A stretch of DNA of 64,000 nt, taken from NCBI RefSeq assembly GCF_030684315.1, contig NC_081381.1, positions 25,671,811 to 25,735,810 on the forward strand, in the 5' to 3' direction. This document shows, piece after piece, positions 1-11,200 of the stretch. Under the pieces are notes generated by a model. It did not search any database, was not told the DNA's origin, and worked only from the letters and a program-made list of their open reading frames with translations. The stretch is from Stegostoma tigrinum. Its lineage: Eukaryota. A program made the position numbers and the translations under genes. Position 1 is the first letter of the stretch, and every line of letters starts with the position of its first letter.

Positions 1-73
1 TCTACACCTTGTTGCCTCTTATAGGAGATAATAGAATGGTTGATCAAAAATTTGATCAAAGATGTAGGTTTTA

Positions 74-861
74 CCTCCGCCCTCACCCCCATGCCAGGCC
101 TCAAGAAGATTTTCCACATCAAGCAGATGTTCACCTACACATCCCCCAGTGTGGTATACAGCATCCGCTGTACCCGTTGTGGCCTCCTCTACATCGGGGA
201 AACCAAGCAGAGGCTTGGGGACCGCTTTGCAGAACACCTCCGCTCGGTTCACAATAAACAACTGCAACTCCCAGTTGCGAACCATTTCAACTCCCCCTCC
301 CATTCCTTAGACAACATGTCCATCCTGGGCCTCCTGCAGTGCCACAATGATGCCACCCGAAGGTTGCAGGAACAGCAACTCATATTCCGCTTGGGAACCG
401 TGCAGCCCAATGGTATCAATGTGGACTTCACAAGCTTCAAAATCTCCCCTCCCCCCAGTGCATCCCAAAACCAGCCCAGCTCATCCCTGCCTCCCTAACC
501 TGTTCTTCCTCTCACCTATCCCCTCCTCCCACCTCAAGCCGCACCTCCGTTTCCTACCTATTAACCTCATCCCGAGCCCCCCAACCTGTCTGTCCTCCCC
601 AGACTGACTTATCCCCTCCCTACCTCCCCACCTACACTCACCTTTACTGGCTCCATCCCTGCCTCTTTAACTTGTCTGTCTTCTCTCCACGTATCTTCTC
701 CTCTATCCATCTTTGATCCGCCTCCCCCTCCCTATTTATTTCAGAACCCTCTTCCCCTCCCCCATTTCTAATGAAGTGTCTAGGCCCGAAACATCGGCTT
801 TTGTGCTCCTAAAACGCTGCTTGGCCTGCTGTGTTCATCCAGCTGTACAGTTTGTTATCTC
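74..861 (+). mobile_element. 5'-truncated Penelope-like element (family A): GIY-YIG endonuclease end plus pyrimidine-rich 3' region/pLTR
   Basis: ORF 40..498 has VVYSIRCTRCGLLYIGETKQRLGDRFAEH...G.N (GIY-YIG with CxxC). Flanked by direct repeat GGTTTTA (67-73 / 862-868), inside a degraded L2-like fragment. Confidence 0.88.
766..798 (+). ncRNA. Degenerate hammerhead ribozyme motif (family A PLE)
   Basis: CTAATGA-AGTGTCTAGGCCC-GAAACATC; core G5>A relative to the other copies. Confidence 0.5.
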
Positions 862-1513
862 GGTTTTAAGAAGTATCTTTTCAGAGGAGGAAGACAGAGC
901 TTGAGACCTGCACAGTTGAAGACACAGCTGCCAAACGTAAAGGGAAACAAGCTGTGGATGGATTTGAAGCCATAAATGTAGGAACACAGGGATCTTGAAG
1001 GTTACAGGACTTGAAGACTTTAAAATCAAGGTGTTGCTGGACTGAAACTAATGTATATTAGTAAGGAGGGGTCACTATTCTCCTGATCCAGTAAAGGATA
1101 TCTATCAATAGACATTCATTCCTGCCAAAGCTGAGAACAGCTAACTCAGCACAGACTGTAGACCAGGCCTAAAGCACCAAATTCAGTAGATTGAGTTCCC
1201 AATGTTTAGTTAATCCTAGTCTGCACTGAGTTAGCTGAAATGAACAGTGCAGCATTTGGGGGATGACCATTGATCTTGCCTCTGCTACATTGAATCTGGT
1301 CAATAGATTACGTGAATATGATGTAGCCCACAAGTGAATAAAGGCTTGAGTTCTAAGTTTGCAAGTGGCTACTTGAGCAATGTAGCTGGTGCCAATGTAG
1401 CACTGTACCATGAAATAAATGATTTGTGTAGGACAGTAGGAGAAAACTCCAGAACTCCATCCTACCCTAATGCTTTCAGCCTTCTGAGTGGTTTCACAGG
1501 CCCTCTCCATTAC

Positions 1514-1646
1514 CTGTTTCTTGCACTCAAAGTCACAGTTTGCGCACTGCACAATCTCTTCATTATCAGCCGTGCTGTCAACCAGGAACTTCAGCAATCG
1601 ATCTACCTTCGGGAGCCCACTGGTGCCCTTCACAATCGATAGGCGT
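1514..1646 (-). CDS. RNF207: RING finger protein 207, second coding exon (133 nt)
   Basis: Translates RLSIVKGTSGLPKVDRLLKFLVDSTADNEEIVQCANCDFECKKQ, matching RNF207 (KGPSGLPPVDRLLQFLVDS...CANCD). Acceptor ttccag, donor CAG|gtaatg; phase joins the 191-nt exon. Confidence 0.93.
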
Positions 1647-3974
1647 CTGGAATACAAACAGCCTTGAGACATATTTTCTCTCCACTTTAGTGTGCAGACA
1701 AAGCATTAGTTTAGCATCTCATTTAAAGGATAACACCACCAATAGTGCAGCATTTACCCAGTGTTGCACTGCTGCGCTCAGTATTGATTATGGGTTGCAT
1801 TTTCTGGAGTGGAAGCTATGACCTCATACAGAGAAACTGTTACCACTTTACAATGACTGAAACATTAAAGTGAATTGAAGTGGTCCCTTTACCGAACATC
1901 ATACTAGTCAGGACGACAAAATATTCCTGTTTTGTATGTGTTGGCATTACAAACTATTGTGTGTATTCCACCAACATTTATACAGGTAGCAATAATTAAA
2001 CTAGGCATGAGCTGCTGGGATGATCATTTTGATAATGAAAACTTATAAACAGAAAGAATCTAAAGATGGATTTTGGAGAGTTTGAGTGATGGGGCTGTGG
2101 TGATTTCCTTACGCAGATTAATACATTCTGGGTTGTTCTGGGGAAGAATAATTGTCAATGCACTGTCTTGGAAACCAATGTGATTACAGTTTGTGTGGAT
2201 GGCTCCCAGGTACTTTGTAATTGCTGGAAGAGGCTAGGTACTAGTTTCAATGAATTCCTACCAGTCCATTTCACATTACCTCCCTTCTTTCGCATTTCAA
2301 ATCAAGGGTGATCAAGGATGTGACACTGATGTTTGAAGGAAATATGCCAAAAATCAAGTCATATTCAATTCAGTTACAACACGATCAAATCCCATCCTGC
2401 TCATCATACAATCACTGTTAAACAGCACCTTCATCAACATAACAATTTACAAATCAGTACATAACACACGGAAAGAAATCAGAACTCTCACCTGTGGTCG
2501 TCTGTGATATCCAGCCTCATGTCTGATCCTCCTTTGATTAAGTCATCCAGGTTATGTGTTCTGCGGCCTTCACCTCTCTGCTTCCCCCCTCCCAGCCTCT
2601 CAGCAGCCTCAGCACCCCTCCCACCACTAAAATGTCCCAAATACTGGACAGTATTGACAGTATTGCCGGACTACTGAGTGCAATCAGTGGTGACTGGAGG
2701 ATCTTGCAGGGCCAAATTGTACATCAGGTTGGGGAGGGAGGCAGCAGAGCAACTAAAAAAGACGCAGTTAGTCTGTCACCTATGGGGGATAGAGTTTCAT
2801 GAGAAAGGGCTCCAGCTGCCCTGAGCTATGCTTACACTGCATGCTGGCCCAGCTCCTGGCCTGAGCTCGCTGACCTTCATTATAATACCCATTGTCAAAC
2901 TGTGTTCGGAAAGCAGTGAATTTGATACTATTTTGGAAATTATTTTTTAAAAAATTCAATCTCTGAAATAAATTTTCTGATCATCAACATGTTTTTTTTA
3001 TCCCATGAGTTTAGATTTTTGTAATGTCAGATCTAAAATTAAAAACTGACTAGAGTATCAGATCACCTTGTAAATATCTTACAGGGTCACAATCCAAAAG
3101 ATACAAACACTAGGGCTCCTGAACAACAATCATTTATTTCTGTTTATATTTTTCTGGGATGTTGGAGGTGGGGTTTGGAGAGTTGGTGGTTGATGGGACT
3201 GTTCAGCTATCTTTTAATTGGTCAGTGCAGGAATTCCCTGTACTCTTAGTTTAGCAAACCCTTTGCTTATTGTCATGGGAATTGGATGCCTTTGCTATCT
3301 CTCTCTGATGAAGCTGACTTGCTTCACATTCCAAACCCACTAAAAGTAGCCTGGCTTCTATTGTGCAGCTGCTGGACAGTATGATTGATATTTTCCCTTC
3401 AGTAGGGTTGAATGGCTGACAACCAGCTTATTTCGGTGAGTCTAGATTGAAAAGGAGGGAGACATGGGTCTTTATCTCTCCTCCTGTCCTGAAGGTGTTG
3501 TTTAGCAGCCACCCATCTCCTCCACCTCAGTCCAGTGTCAGTGTTTCCTGTGTGGACACTGACATTGATTCAACGTCACCCTGTAAGAAATCAGGGATTG
3601 GGTTTTTGCTTTCCACTTGGTTTTACTCTTGGCAGGTCACTGAATGGGCTGTCAAACAGACACTTCAACTGAACCTATGGGATTCCTGTCTCCAGTCAAC
3701 ATGTTACAATGACCCAAGAGGGCTGCTGGCAATTGGCTGCTAGCAGAAGACACAGGTAAATGCAAACCTCTGCCAGCGGGGTTCCCTGTGGAAATCCTTC
3801 TATTTCTTTTATTGCCCTAAGGTCCCTGGATCAATTGTAGCACCCTCCCACCACTGCCCTGTGGTACAACTGGGAGTCAGCCCTGCGACCTTCGTGCCCG
3901 ATGTGACTGATTGGATCCTCCTCTAGTACAGCACTCCCAGCCCTGAAAACTCCCTTCTCCGGCGTCCCCACTCT

Positions 3975-4325
3975 GAAAACCTGAGTACAGAATCCAATCT
4001 AACATTCCAGTGCGTTACTGAGGGAATGCCTTACTGTTCGATGTGCCTTCTTTCAGATGAGACATTGAATTGAAGCCCTGATTCCTTTTAGATAGAAGTA
4101 AAAGATCCCACAGCATTATTTTGAGAAGAGCAAGTGAGCTTTCCCTCGTGCCCTGGCCAATATTCATCTCTCACTATAAATAAATTATCTAGTCATTATC
4201 ACATGGCTGCTGGTAAGACCTTCAAACTGACAGCGACTGCACTTGAAAGAGTTTACCTACTGTAAAAGATCTGTGATACAGTTGTGAAAGATACTGTTTA
4301 AATGTAAGTCTTCCTTTCATTGCCA
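3975..4325 (+). mobile_element. Deu-domain SINE (SacSINE1/AmnSINE1-like), degraded
   Basis: Contains TGAGACATTGAA...AAAGATCCCACAGCATTATTTTGAGAAGAGCAAG...CCTGGCCAATATT, typical of the Deu domain. Related copies near 45710-46050 (+), 52180-52460 (-) and 55620-55830 (-). Confidence 0.6.
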
Positions 4326-4424
4326 CACAGGACTGAATATTCAGAGTGAGTTTCAAGAGGACTGTCAAGTTTTGTTTGAAACAGAAACAATTCTGAACTG
4401 TGATATCATTTTCATGTTTCTTAC

Positions 4425-4615
4425 CCACAAAGGGGGCAGGAGAGACGTCCTTCAGAAGCCCTGCCCCGCAGGCAGGTGGCACAGAAGGTGTGGTAGCAAT
4501 CCAGTAGACAAGGGTGCTCATACTGCTCATAGCAGAGGTGGCAGACCAAGGGGTGACAGTTTGCATTGTCCAAATCGTACAGGTTTTCCAAGGGAGAAAA
4601 GATACCCCCAGACAT
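4425..4615 (-). CDS. RNF207: RING finger protein 207, first coding exon (191 nt, RING domain)
   Basis: MSGGIFSPLE...HPLVCHLCYEQYEHPCLLDCYHTFCATCLRGRASEGRLSCPLCG is a C3HC4 RING matching the RNF207 N-terminus. ATG directly follows acceptor ttgcag; donor GG|gtaag. Confidence 0.95.
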
Positions 4616-4685
4616 CTGCAATAGAATTTCTGGGATCACTCACTGTTTCAAAGCATAGATGTAAATAATCAACCACCCTGTCCCA

Positions 4686-6182
4686 GATAACAAAGTGTGA
4701 AGCTGGATGAACACAGCAGGCCAAGCAGCATCTCAGGAGCACAAAAGCTGACGTTTCAGGCCTAGACCGTTCATCAGAAAAGGGGGATGGGGAGAGGGTT
4801 GAAATAAATAGGGAGAGAGGGGGAGGGGGACCGAAGATGGATAGAGGAGAAGATAGGTGGAGAGGAGAATATAGGTGGGGAGGTAGGGAGGGGATAGGTC
4901 AGTCCAGGGAAGACAGACAGGTCAAGGGAGTGGGATGAGGTTAGTAGGAAGGAAATGGAGGTGTGGCTTGAGGTGGGAGGAGGGGATGGGTGAGAGGAAG
5001 AACAGGTTAGGGAGGCGGGGACGAGCTGGGCTGGTTTTGGGATGCAGTGGGGGAGGGGGAGATTTTGAAGCTTGTGAAATCTGCATTGATACCATCGGGC
5101 TGCAGGGTTCCCAAGCGGAATATGAGTTGCTGTTCCTCCAACCTTCGGGTGGCATCATTATGGCACTGCAGGAGGCCCAGGATGGACATGTCATCTGAGG
5201 AATGGGAGGGGGAGTTAAAATGGTTCGCACTGGGAGGTGTTTATTGCGAACCGAGCGGAGGTGTTCTGCAAAGCGGTCCCCAAGACTCCGCTTGGTTTCC
5301 CCAATGTAGACGAAGCCACACCGGGTACAGTGGATACAGTATACCACATTGGCAGATGTGGAGGTGAACCTCTGCTTAATATGGAAAGTCATCTTAGGGT
5401 CTGGGATGGGGGTGAGGGAGGAGGTATGGGGGCAAGTGTAGCACTTCCTGCGGTGGCAGGGGAAGGTGCCAGATATGGTGGGATTGGAGGGGAGTGTGGA
5501 GCAGACAAGGGAGTCGCAGAGAGAGTGGTCTCTCCAGAAGGCAGACAAGGGTGGGGATGGAAAAATGTCTTGGGTGGTGGGGTCGGATTGTAGATGGCGG
5601 AAGTGTCGGAGGATGATGCGTTGTATCCGGAGGTTGGCGGGGTGATATGTGAGGACAAGGGGGATTCTCTTTGGGCGGTTATTGTGGGGGTGGGGTGTGA
5701 GGGATGTGTTGTGGGAAATGCGGGAGACACGGTCAAGGGCGTTCTCGACCACTGCGGGGGGGGGTTGTGGTCCTTGAAGAATGCGGACATCTGGGATGTG
5801 CGGGAGTGGAATGCCTCATCCTGGGAGCAGATGCGGCGGAGGCGAAGGAACTGAGAATAGGGGATGGAATTTTTGCAGGAGGGTGGGGGGAGGTATCTGT
5901 GGGAGTCGGTGGGCTTGAAATGGACATCAGTTTCTAGCTGGTTGCTTGAGATGGAGATGGAGAGGTCCAGGAAGGTGAGGGATGTGTTGGAGATGGCCCA
6001 GTTGAACTTGAGGTTGGGGTGGAAGGTGTTGGTGAAGTAATGAACTGTTCAAGCTCCTCTTGGGAGCAAGAGGCGGCGCCGATACAGTCATCAATGTAAT
6101 GGAGGAAGAGGTGGGGTTTGGGGCCAGTGTAGGTGCGGAAGAGGGACTGTTCCACATAATCTACAAAGAGGCAGGCATAGCC
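4686..6182 (-). mobile_element. Penelope-like element (family A), 5'-truncated, frameshifted RT C-terminus + GIY-YIG + pLTR
   Basis: Minus ORFs contain LFLHYIDDCIG (RT YxDD) and CYTCP...NVVYCIHCTRCGFVYIGETKR; near-identical to 74-861. Confidence 0.9.
4748..4779 (-). ncRNA. Minimal type I hammerhead ribozyme, intact core (family A)
   Basis: Reverse complement TT-CTGATGA-ACGGT-CTAG-GCCT-GAAA-CG-TC-AG: CUGAUGA and GAAA boxes, GUC triplet, ACGU palindrome. Stem II slightly weakened. Confidence 0.7.
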
Positions 6183-6224
6183 TCCCCCAACCTGTTTTAC
6201 ACCCTATACCACTGCTTTATTTAT

Positions 6225-6575
6225 TCTTTCATTGGAGTCACTGGCGACTTTTGTTGCTCATATGTAATTGCCCTTGAAGTGAGTAGTTTGCTAGGCCATT
6301 TCTGAGGGCAGCTAAGGATCAGCCATGGTGCTCTGGGTCTGGAGTCACGAGTAGGCCTGATGAGATGAGGACAGCAGTATTCTTTCCCTTATGAACATTA
6401 CTGAGCCAGATGGATTTTTACAACGATTGATGATAGTTTCATTACCATCATTACTCACACTAGCTTTCAACTCCAGTTTTATTCATTGAATTTAAATTTC
6501 TACAGCTGCCATGTTGGGATTTGAACTCAGGCCTCTGGATTACTAATCCTGTGACATTACCTCTACATTACCTTC
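6225..6575 (-). mobile_element. tRNA-derived SINE with L2-like 3' tail
   Basis: Minus strand has GTAATGTCAC...ATCCAGAGGCC..GAGTTCAAATCCC (B-box). Related copies near 11405-11700, 30060-30450, 30580-30950, 46725-47025 and 63330-63670. Confidence 0.55.
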
Positions 6576-6778
6576 TCATTGATCCCATTCCTGTACCCAA
6601 AGCATTCCTACATCCAGTCTCATCTACCCCTGACCTTCACATATAGCTGATTACATCCCTACACTTGATCCTCCCCTATACCCAATCCTCCCTTAGCACT
6701 AACCCGAACCCATGCCCAACCCTCCCGTAAACCTGAACCCAGCTTACACTCAACCCTGTCATAAATCCATCCATCCTA

Positions 6779-6864
6779 CATACCTGACCCTATCCTGTAC
6801 GAGATGCTCCTCCATACCTGACCCTATCCTATACGAGATGCTCCTCCATACCTGACCCTGTCCT
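6779..6864 (+). repeat. 34-bp tandem repeat (~2.5 copies) in a degenerate C-rich minisatellite (~6580-7050)
   Basis: CATACCTGACCCTATCCT(G/A)TACGAGATGCTCCTC twice plus a partial third copy. Confidence 0.85.
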
Positions 6865-7472
6865 AGGCCCAATCTTCCCCATACCCAACCCTCTATAAAC
6901 CTCATCTCACCACATACAACCCTGTTCTAGATTTGACTCTCCTCTTTACCCAACTTCATCCTACACTTGACATTTCCATACACCTGCTCCCATTTCCCCA
7001 CCACTTCCAACTGTTTCCTACACATGAGCCATTCACTACACACACAGCCCTGTCCGACACTACTCCTCTCCATATGGTTCAGTATACAAATGGGCTTTGA
7101 AAATGGGGATACCTGTTACTTGCTGAAGATCACAGTCACCTTTCTTGACATGGAAATTAGAAATGACTGTTGCCAAGTAATGCCACAATGTGGGAAAGAT
7201 GACATCGTAGACAGTCCTGATCTTCTTTTCACACAACTACCATACATATGCTTTCCACCATGGGATAATGACTAGTGGGAGAAGGGGAAAACTTGTCCAG
7301 CCCAGGATAAATGTCAATTGTAATACCCTTCCCACTATTCTAGCTTAGTACTACAGAACCTGAGTACTGCTGAAAATAAGTTAGTTTATTGAAGCTTTCT
7401 ATTTTGTACTCATCAGGACAATTCACAAGAATACCAATTCCAGGGGCAAACTAAAATTCACCCTGCCTGAGT

Positions 7473-8016
7473 GATAATGGGAACTGCAGATGCTGAAGAA
7501 TCCAAGATAACAAAGTGTGGAGTTGGATGAACACAGCAGGCCAAGCAGCATCTCAGGAGCACAAAAGCTGACGTTTCGGGCCTAGACCCTTCATCAAGCC
7601 CAATGGTATCAATGTGGACTTCACAAGCTTTAGAATCTCCCCTCCCCCCACTGCATCCCAAAACCAGCCCAGCCTGTCTCTGGTTCCCTAAGCTGTTCTT
7701 CCCCTCACCCATCCCTTCCTCCCACCTCAAGCTGCACCTCCATTTCCTACCTACCACCTCATCCCGCCTCCTTGACCTGTCCATCTTCCCTGGACTGACC
7801 TATCCCCTCCCTACCTCCTTCACCTATACTCTCTGCTCTACCTGTCTTGTTTTCCCTCCTTCTTCGGTCCGCCTCCCCCTCTCTCCCTATTTATTCCAGT
7901 TCCCTCTCCCCATCCCCCTCTCTGATGAAGGGTCTAGGTCCGAAACATCAGCTTTTGTGCTCCTGAGATGCTACTTGGCCTGCTGTGTTCATCCAGCTCC
8001 ACACTTTGTTGTCTCT
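7473..8016. mobile_element. Family A PLE insertion with inverted arms
   Basis: 16-bp TSD TTCACCCTGCCTGAGT (7457-7472 / 8017-8032). Minus arm 7473-7596, plus arm ~7597-8016. Confidence 0.88.
7920..7951 (+). ncRNA. Minimal hammerhead ribozyme (family A), AUC triplet
   Basis: CT-CTGATGA-A-GGGT-CTAG-GTCC-GAAA-CA-TC-AG. Confidence 0.65.
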
Positions 8017-8384
8017 TTCACCCTGCCTGAGTAGAAGTTGCTGATTTTTGGCTCATCTCATCCAGTAGAAATGTTGGCTTTCCCCATCAAATGGTGATGA
8101 ATACAAGTCAGAAAGCTTAGTTTAAAATCTCATGAGGCAATATATTTACTTGAGTCACTGAGTGTGCATTTATAGGAAAGCTAGTTGATCTCCATGGAGA
8201 TACACACAGACAGACAGGATCAACCATAGTCTTCATGTGAAAATGGATACAGAATGGGAGAAATTGGAGTAAGGTGAGCAGATTTAGAATATTCTCAACC
8301 ATGTATGGATTACTTTAAACTGTTCTTGTCTCCATATTACTACAAAGATACAGAGGCATTGAGGGGTGTAAAAAGGATTATTAA

Positions 8385-10700
8385 GATAAAGCAGCACTTG
8401 CACAGCAATAACGTGCTCAGTCATGTCCAATCTGGATTCTGACAAGGCCATTCAGCTCCTGTCCTCTTTACAGTCTCGGTTAAAACTTGGAGAAAAGAGC
8501 TGAATTCCAGAGATGAGGTGAGCATGACAGCCCTTGCATTCAAATAAGTGTGGCATCAAGGAGCTCTAGCAAAACTGGAGTCAATGGGAATGAGAGGTCA
8601 AACTCTCTACTGGCTGGAATCATCCCTGACACACAGGAAGATGGTCGTGGTTGTTGGTGGTCAGTCATCTCAGCTCCAGGACATCTCTGCAGGAGTTCCC
8701 CGATTAGTTTACAGGCTCCATTATCTTCAGCTGCTTTTTCAATAACCTTCCATCCATCATAAGGTCAGAAGTGGGAAAGGTTGCCAATGGTTGCACAATA
8801 TTCAGCACTGTTCATGACACCTCACATACTGAAGCAGTCCACGTTCAAATACGACAAGATCTGGACAATACCCAGGCTTGGGCTCACATGTAGCAAGTAA
8901 CATTTGTGCCACGTAAATACCAGACAATAACCATCACCAATAACAGACAACCTAATCACCACCTTGTCATTCAATGGTGTCACCATCACTGAATCCCCTC
9001 ACTATCAAATCCTGGGGGTTACCATTGAACATAAATTCCATAAGATCATAAGACATAGGAGTGGAAGTAAGGCCATTCGGCCCATCAAGTCCACTCCGCC
9101 ATTTAAATCTTGGCTGATGGGCATTTCAACTCCACTTCCCTGCACTCTCCCCGTAGCCCTTGATTCCTTGAGAGATCAAGAATTTGTCAATTTCTGCCTT
9201 GAAGGCATCTAACGTCCCGGCCTCCACTGCGCTCCATGGCAATGAATTCCACAAGCCCACCACTCTCTGGCTGAAGAAATGTCGTCTCATTTCAGTTTTA
9301 AATTTACCCCCTCTAATTTTAAAGCTGTGCCCACGGGTCCAAGTCTCCCCGCCTAACGGAAACAACGTCCTAGCGTCCACCCCTTCTAAGCCATACATTA
9401 TCTTGTAAGTTTCTATTAGATCTCCCCTCAACCTTCTAAACTCTAATGAGTACAATCCCAGGATCCTTAGCCATTCATCATACGTTAAATCTACCATTCC
9501 GGGGATCATCCATGTGAATCTCCGCTGGACATACTCCAGGGCTAGTATGTCCTTCCTGCGGTGTGGGGCCCAAAATTGGACACAGTATTCTAAATGGGAC
9601 CTAACTAGATCTTTATAAAGTCTCAGAAGCACATCACTGCTTTTATATTCAAACCCTCTTGAGATAAATGACAACATTACATTCGCTTTCTTAATCACCG
9701 ACTCTACCTGTAAGTTGACTTTTAGAGAATCCTGGACCAACACTCCCAGATCCCTTTGTACTTCTGCTTTGCGAATTTTCTCACCATTTAGAAAATAGTC
9801 CATGCCTGTATTCTTTTTTCCAAAGTGCAAAACCTCACATTTACTCACATTGAATTTCATCAGCCGTTTCCTGGACCACTCGCCTGAACTGTCCAAATCT
9901 TTCTGCAGCTTCCCCACCTCCTCAGTACTTCCTGCGTGTCCACCTATCTTCGTATCGTCGGCAAACTTCGCCAGAATGCCCCCAGTCCCTTCATCCAGAT
10001 CATTAATATATAAGGTGAACAGTTGCAGCCCCAACACTGAACCCTGCGGGACACCACTCATAAATTCAACTAGCCACATAAACACAGTGGCTACAAGAGC
10101 AGCCCTGAGGCTGGGAATACTGTGGCAAGTAACTCACCTCCTGACTCCCCATAATATGTTCACCATCTACCAGACACATGATAGGAGTGTGATGGAGTAC
10201 TCACTACTTGACTAGATGGATGCAGTTCCAACAGCACTCAAGAAGCCTGACACCATCATGACAAAGCTGCCCATTTGATTGGTACGGACATCCACAGGCA
10301 TCTACTCCATTCATCACCAATGCTCAGTAGTAGCAGTGTGTACTATCAACAAGATGCGGTACAGAAATTCACCAAAGATCCTTAGACAGCACCTTCCAAA
10401 TCCATGACCACTTCCATCCAGGAGGATAACGGCAGCAGGTACATGGGAACATCACCACCTGCAAGTTCCCCTCCAAGCCACTCACCATATTGACATGGAA
10501 GTATATCACTATTCTTTCACTACTGCTGAGTCAAAATCCTGGAGTTCCCTCCCTAGTGGCATTGTGGGTCAACCTACAGCAGGTGGACTGTAGCAGTTCA
10601 AGAAGGCAGCTCATCACCACCTTCTCAATGGCAACTAGGGAGTGATAATAAATGCTGGCCCAGCCAGTGATGTCAACATCCCTCGAGTGAATTAAAATAA
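8385..10700 (+). mobile_element. Old degraded LINE (CR1/L2 superfamily) 3' portion, interrupted by a younger CR1
   Basis: RT-like remnants VWHQGALAKLESMG...ISAGVP; 3' end AATAAATGCTGGCCCAGCCAGTGATG...GTGAATT. Confidence 0.7.
9039..10058 (-). mobile_element. Young 5'-truncated CR1 LINE with open RT C-terminus
   Basis: ORF 9126..10085: SGVPQGSVLG...YINDL...KFADDTKIGG...YCVQFWAP...RLRGDLIE. (TCTTATG)n-type tail at 9039-9060; TSD CATAAATTC (9030-9038 / 10059-10067). Confidence 0.92.
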
Positions 10701-10984
10701 AAGAGTAAATATGCTTCTTAAGAATGGCCAAGCAGGCCTATTTTTCTCTGGAAAAGAGAAGACTGAGGATTGATCTGGCATATGAAATTATGATAGGGTA
10801 GAAGTAAAGAGAATGTTTCCAGTAGTGGGGAGTCCAAATCGAGGAACTATCAATTCAGGATAGTCGCTAATAATTCCAGTAAAAATTGCAGCAGAACCCT
10901 CCCTACTCAAGAAAATGATTGGAATGTGTAAGGTGCCACCACAAGAAAAGATTGAGGCAAATAGCTGGATGTTAGATAAAAATA

Positions 10985-11200
10985 TACACAGAGAATACTG
11001 GGGAAACTCAGCAAGTCTGACAGAATCTGTGGAGAGAAAACAGAGTTAATGTTTCAAGTCCAGTATGACACCTCCTCAGAACTGAAAGTCAAAGAGGACT
11101 TAAAACATAACTCTATTTCTCTGTCCACAGATGCTGCTAGACTTGCTGAAATTCTCCATGTTTGTTTCATATTTTCAGCATCCACGGTATTTTGCTATTA
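10985..11200. mobile_element. Family B PLE terminal fragments in inverted arrangement
   Basis: Minus arm ATACTGGGGAAACTCAGCAAGTCTGACAG...CAGAGTTAATGTTTC and plus arm AACTCTATTTCTCTGTCCACAGATGCTGCTAGACTTGCTG; homologous to the ends of 41905-44900. Confidence 0.6.
11044..11083 (-). ncRNA. Minimal hammerhead ribozyme (family B), intact core
   Basis: Reverse complement AGTT-CTGAGGA-GGTGTC-ATACTG-GACTT-GAAA-CA-TT-AACT; stem I AGUU/AACU. Confidence 0.6.

Noticed and set aside
6779-6864. CRISPR-like array
   Set aside because: Contiguous tandem units with no unique spacers, in eukaryotic context.
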